Sequence record: PV340851.1
Length of the DNA: 64,000 bases
Reading direction: 5' to 3' (one strand)
Below the pieces are notes generated by a model. It was not told the DNA's origin and ran no database searches. It saw nothing but the letters and a program-made list of their open reading frames with translations. The position numbers and the translations under genes are program-made. The stretch's first letter is position 1. Every line of letters begins with the position of its first letter. Positions 38,961 to 49,100 of this stretch are shown here, piece after piece.

Positions 38961-39282
38961 GTTATTAGCAAAGATACCAGAAAGACATTACTTTCCTATC
39001 TTTATTATTCTCTCGCTGTATTTTGTTGTTCCTTACAGTGAGTTTGTAGTAACACTGACGGCACCTCTCTACTTTGTTTTTGAGATGCCTATCCGTAGTG
39101 CAATTGGGAAACTGTCACTCCCTCCCTTGCTTACCTATGCAGGAAGCACTATATTCTTTCTGGTCATGATCGATGACACACTGTTCTACGTTGCATTGAT
39201 CGTCCTAGCATTCTGGTGCTCAAGGCAGTTGCCAAAGTACAGAGAGAGTGCTACAATTGATAAGTCAGCAAGCGACCCATGA
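38944..39282 (+). CDS. Multi-pass small membrane protein
   Basis: Several hydrophobic helices; VPYSEF and MIDD motifs. Confidence 0.65.
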   Translation: MMKLVKLLAKIPERHYFPIFIILSLYFVVPYSEFVVTLTAPLYFVFEMPIRSAIGKLSLPPLLTYAGSTIFFLVMIDDTLFYVALIVLAFWCSRQLPKYRESATIDKSASDP

Positions 39283-39557
39283 ACGATCTAGACCCCAAGT
39301 CTGTTGCATCAACAAAGACTACTGTAATCCACGAACGATATCCATATCGTTATGTACAAAAGGGTTACATCAAACTCAATGGTAAACCTGACCTGCGTCT
39401 CCAGAAAGCAGATGAGTATACTAAAAAGTATACTGACATCTATCTCTTTGACAACGCTGATCAATGCTTCCTTGCCATTGAAGACTTCGAGTATGCCAAG
39501 TGGTTAGACCCCGAAGGTGTTCCTTGCTATATTAAAGATACTGTTTCCAACAACTGA
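39279..39557 (+). CDS. Hypothetical protein (92 aa)
   Basis: YPYRYVQKG...NGKPD.R.QK. Confidence 0.75.
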   Translation: MNDLDPKSVASTKTTVIHERYPYRYVQKGYIKLNGKPDLRLQKADEYTKKYTDIYLFDNADQCFLAIEDFEYAKWLDPEGVPCYIKDTVSNN

Positions 39558-39564
39558 GGTTATT

Positions 39565-39846
39565 ATGTGCAACTCAAGTTCCGATCTAGATTTCATGCGC
39601 GACGTACTTGTTCGTGCCTTTGAAGAACGTCGCGATAATCTTATCAGCGACCTGTTCAATCTCTATGAAGAAGTGCGAGAAAGTGTTGGTGAAGAAGAGA
39701 CTTCTAGTGCTGAGTTCCTGACTGAGAACCTGGGCAACATCACTATCCAGACACAGCAAGGCGCAGAACCTATTACATTTGGTGCAGCTGCGCCTGTAGA
39801 AACGACCAACTTCTCCTTGGGAGAAGACGTAATTAGTTTTAGTTAA
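39565..39846 (+). CDS. Hypothetical acidic protein
   Basis: ORF coupled to the halogenase start (TAATG). Confidence 0.65.
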   Translation: MCNSSSDLDFMRDVLVRAFEERRDNLISDLFNLYEEVRESVGEEETSSAEFLTENLGNITIQTQQGAEPITFGAAAPVETTNFSLGEDVISFS

Positions 39847-41300
39847 TGAAGATAGTAATTGTTGGTGGTGGTACGATAGGGTGGTTAGCAACGCTATACC
39901 TCTCAAAGGGACACAACGTTGTCAATATATCCACAGATGAGATTCCTATCATCGGTGTGGGTGAAGGTACTACTGGAAAGTTCCTTGACATTTTTAAGGG
40001 CACCAATGTTACTGAGTTGATGATTGCATTTGATGCCTTACCAAAATTAGGTATCAAGTTCAATGGGTGGAGCAGTCATAAAGATACTTTCTTTTCTCCA
40101 TTAGATGGTACTGATACTGCACACTACTACTTAGATTATTCAACATATGCCCAAACATTTGTTGATCATGGTATAGGTACAATCAGTGACTTGTCCATTC
40201 TTGCTCATGCTGGTGCTAGTAATTACTATGCTACCGAGAATGTATTGAATCTAGACTATGCATCGCATGGTCTGCATATTGATGCATACAAAACTGCTGC
40301 AGCATTGAAGGACCAGTGCATTGAAGATAATGTTCTACACTATGACAATAAAGTAGTCAAAGTAAATCGAAAGCAAGGAAAAGTTTCTTCACTTAAACTT
40401 GACGATGGTAGATCTGTCCGAGCAGATTTGTACATTGATTGTTCTGGATTCTCTAGAGTCCTGAATAATGATATGGGATGGGTAGACTACACTGAATATC
40501 TACCTGTCAATCGTGCTTTGATTTATGATGGCGGTGATGGCAAACGTGCTCCATATACTATTGCTACTGCAAAGAAGTATGGATGGACATGGGAAATTCC
40601 TACCAGAAATAAAATTGGTAGAGGATATGTATACTGTGATAAGTATGCATCTGAGGATGACATTCTAGAAGAACTAGGAGACGTAGAAAAACTCAGATCA
40701 ATTGAGTTTGAATCAGGACGAATCGAACAATTCATCAAGGGCAATGTTATAAGTATTGGTTTGTCCTCTGGTTTCCTAGAACCTCTGCAAGCAACTAGCA
40801 TTCACTGTGCTATAATGCAGATGGAATTGTTGCACTACTCATTCCCAGATGAGGATTTTATTGATAATGAATTATCTGCTGCACGATACAATGAATTGTG
40901 TGGTAGATTGTATGATGACATGAGAGACTTTGTTGCCTTGCATTATACAGGTGGCAAAACAGATAGTGAGTTCTGGAAATCTATGAAGACTCCAGAGCGT
41001 ACTCTCAACCTCATTAGACTTGCCAACACTAGACTGCTCAGATCATTTGATTTTGAACATACATCTGGTACTGTAAAGCAGGAGTCATGGAATCCCATAC
41101 TCCAAGGATTGGGACACCTTAACAAGTGTTCCATCCCTACAGTATTTGATGCAGATGGTGCTAATATGCAATGGTGGATCACCAAAAATGAGGATCGCAT
41201 TGCCCAAGTTCAGTCTGAAGTCTTAGAAAAAAACTACTTGACAACAGACAAACTTAATGATATACTGAAGTCTGTCTCAAACAGTCCCGAAAAGACTTAA
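39846..41300 (+). CDS. prnA: Flavin-dependent halogenase (tryptophan halogenase family)
   Basis: GGGTIG, GVGEGT, KLGIKF, YIDCSGF, WTWEIP, SGFLEPLQATSI. Confidence 0.88.
   Translation: MKIVIVGGGTIGWLATLYLSKGHNVVNISTDEIPIIGVGEGTTGKFLDIFKGTNVTELMIAFDALPKLGIKFNGWSSHKDTFFSPLDGTDTAHYYLDYSTYAQTFVDHGIGTISDLSILAHAGASNYYATENVLNLDYASHGLHIDAYKTAAALKDQCIEDNVLHYDNKVVKVNRKQGKVSSLKLDDGRSVRADLYIDCSGFSRVLNNDMGWVDYTEYLPVNRALIYDGGDGKRAPYTIATAKKYGWTWEIPTRNKIGRGYVYCDKYASEDDILEELGDVEKLRSIEFESGRIEQFIKGNVISIGLSSGFLEPLQATSIHCAIMQMELLHYSFPDEDFIDNELSAARYNELCGRLYDDMRDFVALHYTGGKTDSEFWKSMKTPERTLNLIRLANTRLLRSFDFEHTSGTVKQESWNPILQGLGHLNKCSIPTVFDADGANMQWWITKNEDRIAQVQSEVLEKNYLTTDKLNDILKSVSNSPEKT
41238..41266 (+). promoter_or_regulatory. 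Sigma70-type promoter upstream of the structured ncRNA
   Basis: TTGACA-N17-TATACT with TG extension, inside the halogenase 3' end. Confidence 0.8.
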
Positions 41301-41304
41301 AACT

Positions 41305-41484
41305 TGCTCTGGTCGGGATGGTCTCTTGACCCCCTAGGTTTCTTTGTTCCTAAAACAAAGTGGTGCGGATGGGATACCTCCCGCCAGGTTTCTTATTTCC
41401 TGTCAAAGAATAAGTGGTGGATCCAATTGACCCCTTCCGTGTGGTTGGTTCTTGTTTACAACTAAAACAAACAAGTGGCGAGCA
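41305..41484 (+). ncRNA. Structured RNA of the manA/wcaG motif class, three UGGYG repeat units
   Basis: Closing stem TGCTC/GAGCA; three units of xGG-TTT-stem-loop-stem-TGGYG with loops complementary to the upstream xGG. Confidence 0.65.
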
Positions 41485-41612
41485 TAAACACACACAACTG
41501 TCACAAGGCTGTTTACTTTTGTGACATTTCTGTGCTATATAATGTCCACGTAGACTAGTCGAGTCTACTAAATCTGCGGGTAACCATTCCGCAAGTAACT
41601 AAAGGTATAAAA

Positions 41613-41984
41613 ATGATCAAATCTGTATTCGCAGCAACCGCTGCTCTCTCCATGTCCGCTGGCGCTGCGTTCGCAGGTCCCTACGTTAACGTAGAAGCGA
41701 ACTCTGGTTGGACTGGCTCGAATTATTCGGGTACAACGACAGACGCTCACGTAGGCTACGAAGGTGCTCTGGGTGATTCTGGTTCCTGGTACGTCCAGGG
41801 CGGCGCTAGTTTCGTCTCCCCTGATGGCGGCGAGACCGACACCGTTCCTTCTGGTAAGGCAGGTCTGGGTCTGGGTCTTACCGAGCGCCTGGGTGCTTAT
41901 GGTGAAGTCTCCTTCATTGGTTCTGGCGATGCTGACATCGACCGTGGTTATGGAACTAAGGTAGGTCTGAAGTATAACTTCTGA
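41613..41984 (+). CDS. Small outer-membrane beta-barrel-like protein
   Basis: Signal peptide; alternating beta-strand pattern; C-terminal VGLKYNF. Confidence 0.75.
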   Translation: MIKSVFAATAALSMSAGAAFAGPYVNVEANSGWTGSNYSGTTTDAHVGYEGALGDSGSWYVQGGASFVSPDGGETDTVPSGKAGLGLGLTERLGAYGEVSFIGSGDADIDRGYGTKVGLKYNF

Positions 41985-42007
41985 TTTCTATAAGCAAATC
42001 TAAACAC

Positions 42008-42044
42008 AGAGGGGCTTGACGCCCCTCTTTTTTTGCTATATAAT
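42008..42044 (+). terminator. Terminator with an embedded sigma70 promoter for hli
   Basis: AGAGGGGC-TTGAC-GCCCCTCT plus T-run; TTGACG(42016)-N17-TATAAT(42039). Confidence 0.75.
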
Positions 42045-42071
42045 ATGTAAAGATTCGTAACAAACAAACAA

Positions 42072-42275
42072 ATGACAGTCACCACGAATGAGTTCGGACA
42101 ACAAAACATCTTTGCTAAAGAACCACCAATGGTTGTAGAATCCTACAACAATAAAGGTTTGGATTCGCCCCAACAATACATTGAAAAGTACAATGGTCGT
42201 TGGGCAATGATGGGTATCATTTCTGGTGCTCTGTCCTATGTTATCACTGGCAAATTATTCTTTGGCATTTTTTGA
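42072..42275 (+). CDS. hli: High-light-inducible protein
   Basis: QQNIFAKEP, EKYNGRWAMMG chlorophyll-binding helix, TGKLFFGIF. Confidence 0.9.
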   Translation: MTVTTNEFGQQNIFAKEPPMVVESYNNKGLDSPQQYIEKYNGRWAMMGIISGALSYVITGKLFFGIF

Positions 42276-42512
42276 ATGAAGTTTACACAAGAAGATTTTT
42301 GGGAAACCATGCAAACACTTGGATGGAATCCAATGGATGACATTCACATTGAGATTGGTGGTACTTCTGTCTATGGTATTGATGGGGACGGTTCTAAATG
42401 GGCACCCCTTAAGGGAACTGTTAAATATAACAAGGATGCGTTCATTGTTATCAAGAACAAGTCTCGCTCTCCCGTAGTACCTAGCAATGGCAAACCCGAA
42501 TCAACTGTTTGA
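42276..42512 (+). CDS. Hypothetical protein (78 aa)
   Basis: Abuts the hli stop; EIGG.SVY...G.G.KW.P.KG. Confidence 0.7.
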   Translation: MKFTQEDFWETMQTLGWNPMDDIHIEIGGTSVYGIDGDGSKWAPLKGTVKYNKDAFIVIKNKSRSPVVPSNGKPESTV

Positions 42513-42636
42513 AGACATGCAGAAACTGGATGACATGTACGAAGAACTTCTTTGGCATCCAGATGATGAACTGCAGTTCACTCACGATGGTGAACGAATA
42601 ATCATTTACAACAAAACACTGGAGAAAAAACAATGA
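42487..42636 (+). CDS. Small hypothetical protein (49 aa), not in ORF track
   Basis: MANPNQLFEDMQKLDDMYEELLWHPDDELQFTHDG... Confidence 0.6.
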   Translation: MANPNQLFEDMQKLDDMYEELLWHPDDELQFTHDGERIIIYNKTLEKKQ

Positions 42637-42752
42637 AATTTGGATTCACAGAAGAGGCAGAAATCCTCAACGCACGTCTAGCAATGATTGGATTCGTTGC
42701 AGGTGTAGGTGCATACCTCACCACTGGTCAACTTATCCCTGGCGTCTGGTAA
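42633..42752 (+). CDS. hli: Short high-light-inducible protein (39 aa), not in ORF track
   Basis: AEILNARLAMIGFVAGVGAYLTTGQLIPGVW. Confidence 0.9.
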   Translation: MKFGFTEEAEILNARLAMIGFVAGVGAYLTTGQLIPGVW

Positions 42753-42779
42753 TAAATAAAGTATATCGTCGTCGCACTA

Positions 42780-42817
42780 AAAGACCCCCCTGGCAAAAAC
42801 CAGAAGGGGTCTTTTTT
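42780..42817. terminator. Probable bidirectional terminator between convergent units
   Basis: AAAGACCCC...GGGGTCTTT with A-run and T-run flanks. Confidence 0.7.
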
Positions 42818-42827
42818 ATGTCTTGAA

Positions 42828-45800
42828 TTATGCCTGTGCTTCCGTCCAGGAAATACGGAAGTCAACCGCTCTCCTGTTTGAACCACGACCACCACCGATG
42901 TTCGTTACTTTAACCGCTAGAACTTCAGGACCATCAGGGAAGACACCTGTTGGATTGGGTGCTGTAGTTGCAGCGAGTTGATCGCCACCACCACCAAGGA
43001 TAGAGTTGGAAATTTCTTTCACTCGTCCTAGGTCATAGTCAGCAACACCAGAGTCAGCGTAGAAACCGTAGATAACTTCACCACCAACCAGTTCGTTCGT
43101 AACAGTTGCTGCACCCTGTGTTAGGTCTGCATACTGTGCTAGTGATGTACCACCAACGTTGATCCAGTTGACAGAGTTAGTAATGTTTGGATTCAATACT
43201 AGTTCTACAAAGAAAGGACCGTTCGCCGACACCTCTGCAGTTCTAAGAACCAACTGCATTCTATTGATCAGTTCTCTAGTACCGAATGCACCAGGGATAC
43301 CGTTATCAACAGAAGGTGATGTACGAATAGCAAGCAACGCTTTCGTGTCGCCAGAGTTAATCTCACGACCAGTTCTGGTTCCGACCGTGTATACATATGC
43401 TCGGTCATCGTCGTATAGACCTTCCATGATGACCGATGAACCCCAGTGACTAATCTGTGGAACAGATGTAGAACCTACTAGTTCAACACTAATTGGTTGT
43501 GTTGCACTGTAAGTAAATGTCTGTGCTGCTGCAGATCCAAGAGGTGAGAAGATAACACCAGTTGGGTTAGCAGAGAACACTGCTTTGCTCAACTGAATGG
43601 TTGTTCCACTAATGCTGTGGACAATAGTATCAGAAGGAATGCCATCGCCAATTACATACTGACCTTTCTGGATACCAGAAGCATTACTTACTGTGCCCTG
43701 AGACGCACCAGAAGCGATTGTGAGGGTGACACTGGTAGCACCTGCCTGTTCTCTAGTCACGCCCGTGAAGACGCCTGAGGAGGCACGGGACAGTGGAGAT
43801 AGTGCAGAACCTGTCTGACTGGTCAAGGTCTTTGCAACAGCAGAAGGACCACTCTGTTCGGAGATTGTGAAACCACCTGTGGTTGTACTTACAACGTAGT
43901 ATACTTTGTTAGCAGCAACGTTAGCAAAGGGAGTGTCAAATGTGACAGTCTGAATGCCACCACCTGCTAGACCAGCAGTGCTAGAAACTTGAATCAGGTT
44001 GTTACCAGAAGTTGTAGCAATAACGTCTTGAGCAAAGACTGTCTTACCTGTATAGTTTACATATTCTTGTGTGCCTGTTGTTGCACCTGTTGTCTGTCTG
44101 ATTCTTAGAGTGCCAGAGTCAGGGAAGTGAGAAGGTGCTTGAGCAACATAAAGACTGCTGTCACCACTACCAATAGTCTTAGTCGATGTGGTATTAGGTG
44201 GCAGTGTATTAACTTCATAACGAGCAGGCAGGTTACCTGATCTCATGTATGCTTCAGTGTTAGCATTGTTGTTAGGAATCTTGTGAGCGTAGATGATGTT
44301 ACCATCTTCTGCACGGAAACCCCAGCGGATGAAACCAGCACCATACCAGGAGTAGTCCATATAGAACATCTGCATTCTGGTTGGGTCAATCGTGTAACCA
44401 GTTTTACCAGTTCCATCACAACGGTCCAAGTTCCAGTCTGCCTGATTCCATTCTGTTTCTACAGTCTTGGTGACTGGTACGTTACCTGCGGATGGTCCAC
44501 GATAATCAGGGAAGATAACCATTTGAGTATCAGAGATGATACCATCAACACGGTAAGAAGAACCACGGATGACAACATAGTCACCAGGCTTCAGTTGCTT
44601 GGAGAACTTAGTGCCCTGTAGGTTAGGACCAGTGTAACTAGAAACTAGGGTGTTGCCGTTGGTTACTGTGACCTTACCAGACAACTGATAGGTAGAAGTT
44701 CTACGAACAACACTGAGGTTGCCACTAGCATAACGGAAGAACAGACCATTTTGTTGGTCCATCATACCGATCTCTAGTTTAGTACCATAACCACCGACAG
44801 GAGTTACAGTGTACTCACCTGTCGCTTCAGTTTCAGTTGGAGCAACAGGTACTGTATACTCAAAAGTATATGGATCAACAACGTTGGTTACCTCATACTG
44901 TCCGTTGTATGTGTTATCACCAACACCACGGACATCAATAACTGCACTTCTAGTTACGTTGTGAGCAACAGCAGATACAACAGTTACAGTTGTACCAGAT
45001 GCAGTGATGCTATCTAAGTTTTCGATAGCAGGTTCTAGGATAGAACCAGTTGAGAATGATACGCCTTTACCAGACTGATAACGGAAGTAACGTTTGGTCT
45101 GTCTGATTGCCTGTTGGTTTTTAGAGTGTGAGTTAGTAGAGAACTTAACACCACCATCAAATGCTCTGTGTACAGAAGAACCTTGTGGTCTTGGGTATAG
45201 TTTGATAGTACCAGATGCAACACCACCACTAGGAGCAGCAGTTGGGAAGTAGAAGAATGTGTTTGGATCCTGTACTCTAGCAACAACCCAAGATCCATTA
45301 ACGTTAGAACCATTAGATCCAGCAACTGCGATTTCATTACCAACTTCTAGACCGTGTGCTTGTGATGTAGTTACTTGAACAGAACCAGACATACTACCAC
45401 TACCAGATGCTAGTGTAATTGTGCCACCAATAGAAGAATTCGTGTAGTGAATGCCCTGATATACAGCAGTTCTAGCAGAGTCATAGATGTTAGTTTGACC
45501 TGCAGTCCACTCGTATGTACCAGTATACTTGAATGATGTGGAGTCTGCACTATCAACAATGAAGACACCGTTAGCACCAGGGAAGGTAGTATCTTGTACG
45601 TAGATAGCACTACCTGCTGCTGGTGGACTTGCTGCAGAAACTTCAAACTCTCTCAGGTTATTACTGTTAGCACCAGCTTGAATTTCTGTAATGGCAATTA
45701 CATCCTCAGACTTATATGCAAATGGGTTGTTGTTGATCATCGTCAACGATTCCCACTTCGTACCCTGAGTACCATACTCAAAGTCAGTATCAATCTGTGA

Positions 45801-46145
45801 CTGAGGGTTAGACACCCTCATCTTGTTTACGGAGTCATGATATGCTTCGGCAGGTTCAATTCTTTCCTCAAAGTCATCCACAATAATCTGCAACTTGTCT
45901 GTGTCAGACATCGTTGTAGTGTCATACGCTAGGGTTACCCTAGTCGTAGTAACGTTTCGGATATCAGTAGCGATGGTGTATGCTGTCGCAGTTAGTTCTG
46001 GATCCGAGAAGTTGTAGATAACTTTGTTATCAGTAACGTTGGTAATTAGAATCAACTGCTCTCTTTGAACACCACCAGGAATCACTACCTGTCTTTCCGA
46101 AGCATCAAACAGATAATAATTACTTAGGATAGTTTTTCTTGCCAT
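42828..46145 (-). CDS. Large virion structural protein (tail/baseplate-associated, 1105 aa)
   Basis: Gly/Thr/Ser-rich beta character; repeated TT..AHGL/AHNV modules; minus-strand late promoter ATAAATA 46178-46184. Confidence 0.75.
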   Translation of the reverse strand: MARKTILSNYYLFDASERQVVIPGGVQREQLILITNVTDNKVIYNFSDPELTATAYTIATDIRNVTTTRVTLAYDTTTMSDTDKLQIIVDDFEERIEPAEAYHDSVNKMRVSNPQSQIDTDFEYGTQGTKWESLTMINNNPFAYKSEDVIAITEIQAGANSNNLREFEVSAASPPAAGSAIYVQDTTFPGANGVFIVDSADSTSFKYTGTYEWTAGQTNIYDSARTAVYQGIHYTNSSIGGTITLASGSGSMSGSVQVTTSQAHGLEVGNEIAVAGSNGSNVNGSWVVARVQDPNTFFYFPTAAPSGGVASGTIKLYPRPQGSSVHRAFDGGVKFSTNSHSKNQQAIRQTKRYFRYQSGKGVSFSTGSILEPAIENLDSITASGTTVTVVSAVAHNVTRSAVIDVRGVGDNTYNGQYEVTNVVDPYTFEYTVPVAPTETEATGEYTVTPVGGYGTKLEIGMMDQQNGLFFRYASGNLSVVRRTSTYQLSGKVTVTNGNTLVSSYTGPNLQGTKFSKQLKPGDYVVIRGSSYRVDGIISDTQMVIFPDYRGPSAGNVPVTKTVETEWNQADWNLDRCDGTGKTGYTIDPTRMQMFYMDYSWYGAGFIRWGFRAEDGNIIYAHKIPNNNANTEAYMRSGNLPARYEVNTLPPNTTSTKTIGSGDSSLYVAQAPSHFPDSGTLRIRQTTGATTGTQEYVNYTGKTVFAQDVIATTSGNNLIQVSSTAGLAGGGIQTVTFDTPFANVAANKVYYVVSTTTGGFTISEQSGPSAVAKTLTSQTGSALSPLSRASSGVFTGVTREQAGATSVTLTIASGASQGTVSNASGIQKGQYVIGDGIPSDTIVHSISGTTIQLSKAVFSANPTGVIFSPLGSAAAQTFTYSATQPISVELVGSTSVPQISHWGSSVIMEGLYDDDRAYVYTVGTRTGREINSGDTKALLAIRTSPSVDNGIPGAFGTRELINRMQLVLRTAEVSANGPFFVELVLNPNITNSVNWINVGGTSLAQYADLTQGAATVTNELVGGEVIYGFYADSGVADYDLGRVKEISNSILGGGGDQLAATTAPNPTGVFPDGPEVLAVKVTNIGGGRGSNRRAVDFRISWTEAQA

Positions 46146-46183
46146 TACAGACTGCCGTAGATATTCTTTGCTTTATCTATTTA

Positions 46184-49100
46184 TCAGACACCGTACTTGC
46201 CACGGGTAGCATTGAAGTTCTGGGATACTTCTGCTGCTGTTAGAACTTTACTATACATTTGAACTTCACCACACTCCATAGGTTTGTATTGTGCTAAAGC
46301 ACTATCAAGTCTACCACCAATTACCATGGGGTATCTTGTATTGCCATCCAAAGATCCAACTGTTCCAGTGTTAGTTGCTGTTCCAGCATTAGCACCATTT
46401 CTGTATGGTGTTAGAGTTTGTGTTGAAACATCCCAAGTGAAAGCATCACAAGTCCACTCATCAACTGTTGGGAAAGTGTATTGGAAAGCAACATTATTAT
46501 TGCTGGAATCTCTAACAGCAGCAGACCAATTGTTAGTTCCTCCTTGACCTAATACCCATCCACTGAAAGGAGAAGAAGCTGCTCTCTCAAACAAACCACC
46601 TCTACCACCAGTGCCAGTAATCTTATACCAAAAGACAACACTAAAGTCTGCTGATCCAGGTGCCATTACACTACTTGATTGGATGTAATCATTTGTTCCA
46701 TCAAACTCAAAATACCCAGCAGGATTGAATGTAGCTCCGTTGATTGTGCCAGGGAAAGAATTACTTGAGAGGTTCTTTACTGTGGTTGGTGCTCCAACTG
46801 AGGTAGCATATGTTGGAACATAATTTCCAGCAGTAGATGCTTTTTCAATTTGTGGTCCCCAAATATAGAGTGCCTTATCTAATTCTCTAACAATAACTGG
46901 ATAAGCATTAGCTTGATTTTGAGGTGTGAAAGTCCAAGTAAATCTTTGCCACTTATCAGTAGCAGTAAAATCAGATGGGTTTTGTGTTGGAGAAAATAAA
47001 TTCATAGCGAAAGTAGTTGTCTCTCCATCTGCTGCTCTAACCCACACAGACATAGTATGAGTTTCTGTTCCCATGGCACCAATACCATCATAGATGTATT
47101 GTGTTAATGTAGTAGTTGGTTGCCATTTAGTAGCAGTATAATCTCCAACTGGCGAAAGAACATCAGTTGTATTAGTCGTTACACCATTCGGACCCTGTAA
47201 ATTCCAATTGGAACTACCATAATTTGTGCTGTTATCATATAAGTTATGTGCTCGATTATAAGTCGCTCTGTTTCCAAAGTCATAGTTCAGAAGCAAGTTG
47301 CTATCAGTTACAATACCAGGACCAATCCTAGGTGCTGTGTCAGGTGCTTCGTTGATATACTTAGACTTGGTGGCGTTGTAGTTTTGGAATACTTGTTCTG
47401 CTCTTAGAGCTTTTGGATAGATACGAACTTCACCAACTTGACCATCAAAATATCTACTAGCTAGAACGAACCCTCTGCCAAGTATAAGGTTTCTGATTTC
47501 TCCATACCAAGTATTACCAGCGGTTCCATTTTGACCACCTGTTCCTACAAATTCTCCGTTGATATAAGCAGATCCATCTGATCCCAAAGGACCAGCGATA
47601 GAAAGAACAGCGTGATTCCATACGCCTGTGGTGATTTCCGCACCTGGCGATGGAAAGTTTCTATTGTTATCATCTAATGGAGCACCCCAATACCACGAGC
47701 AATTACCACTAGCATTAATTTCAAGTCGTGGTCCTATGTTTCCTGATTGTGTGGTGCCAGTAGCATTATTTACATGGTAGTTACAGTCAATAGGATTCTG
47801 CCAGTTGCTGAGAGTATCTGATTTAAACCAGATCTCTACAGTCATTTCACTAAAGTCTCCTGGAATCTCACCGATCTGTAAGATTTCTGATTGATCAAAG
47901 TTATAAGCACCACTAACTATGTCAGGAGCATGTTCAGTTCCAGCAGCATTTTCTGGAGTGTTGTTTGCGTTGTTAGTATAGTATCGTAATGGATTAGGAC
48001 CATCTACAAGTTGAGCTCCCCAGAGATACCATAGGTCTCCTGTCTCATTATTCTCGTTGTATCCACCGATAGCACCACTTCCTGTATTGTTAGCAGTGAA
48101 CGTCCACACTACTCTATGCCATTCAGTATCTGTTGGTTTGTAAACAGTGCTGGAAGAAACATTTTCTAAAATATTTCCATCACGATCAGCAAAACTAATA
48201 GTGCTATTGCTAGCTCCAGCATATAATACTTGGAAATTCCACTGAGCGTTTGTAGTAATTGCTTTCATCCACCAAGAGTAGGTGTATGTTTGTCCTGCTA
48301 CAAAAACTCCAGCTGGAACACCATACTCAAGTCTTCTGCCACTAGTAGCACTGATATTATATTTCTCTGCTCGGACGCCGACACCAAGAGGATTGGCAAT
48401 ATCATTAGCAGTAATATTTACATTAGTAGATTGTCTAGTCCATGTATTATTTGGTGTTGGTGAAGTATTAGTTGAGGCAGGTGACAGCGATTCCGAAAGA
48501 CCGATATAGTTTTTCTGTGGTGGAACTCCATACTCATCAGTAGTATATTCTCTAGTTTCAAAATCAGCAGGTCTAATAGCAGGACTGCCACTGTATTGAA
48601 TGACACCAGCGTCTTTGATATTAACTTTCTTCTTAGTTACTTGTGTAGCATAGTCATCAAAGATAATATGATTAGCAGAGAAGGGAGTCTTTCTTAGATC
48701 ACTGCTATCAAATCGTACAGAACCATCATCTAGTCTGCCGATTTTGTCTGTGATATTTAAGATTTCATATCCCTGATTGATGCCAGTGCCATCAGGATAT
48801 TGGAATGCACCTAGACCATTACCAGATGTACTTACTTTACCAAAGACATATCCTTCGGGTGTGTTAGTGATAGAGATTCTATCTTCATCAACAAATGCTA
48901 GGTAGTAGAATGATGAATCAGCATCTAGTACAGGATTATCAACGAAAGAAGATGAGTCACTGATCAATGATCTTCTCCATAGCAAGGTTCCATTCTTGGA
49001 ATACTTACTTAGAGCTGCACCATCCTCAGTTGTGTTGGACCAGTAACCTAGGACAATGACTTGCTCTGTTTGATTGTCTGCAAAGACACGACGATGACTC

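Noticed and set aside
41335-41480. Three spaced repeats that could be read as a mini CRISPR array
   Set aside because: The units are degenerate with internal compensatory pairing, spacers are irregular and structured, and no cas operon is present; a structured ncRNA explains them better
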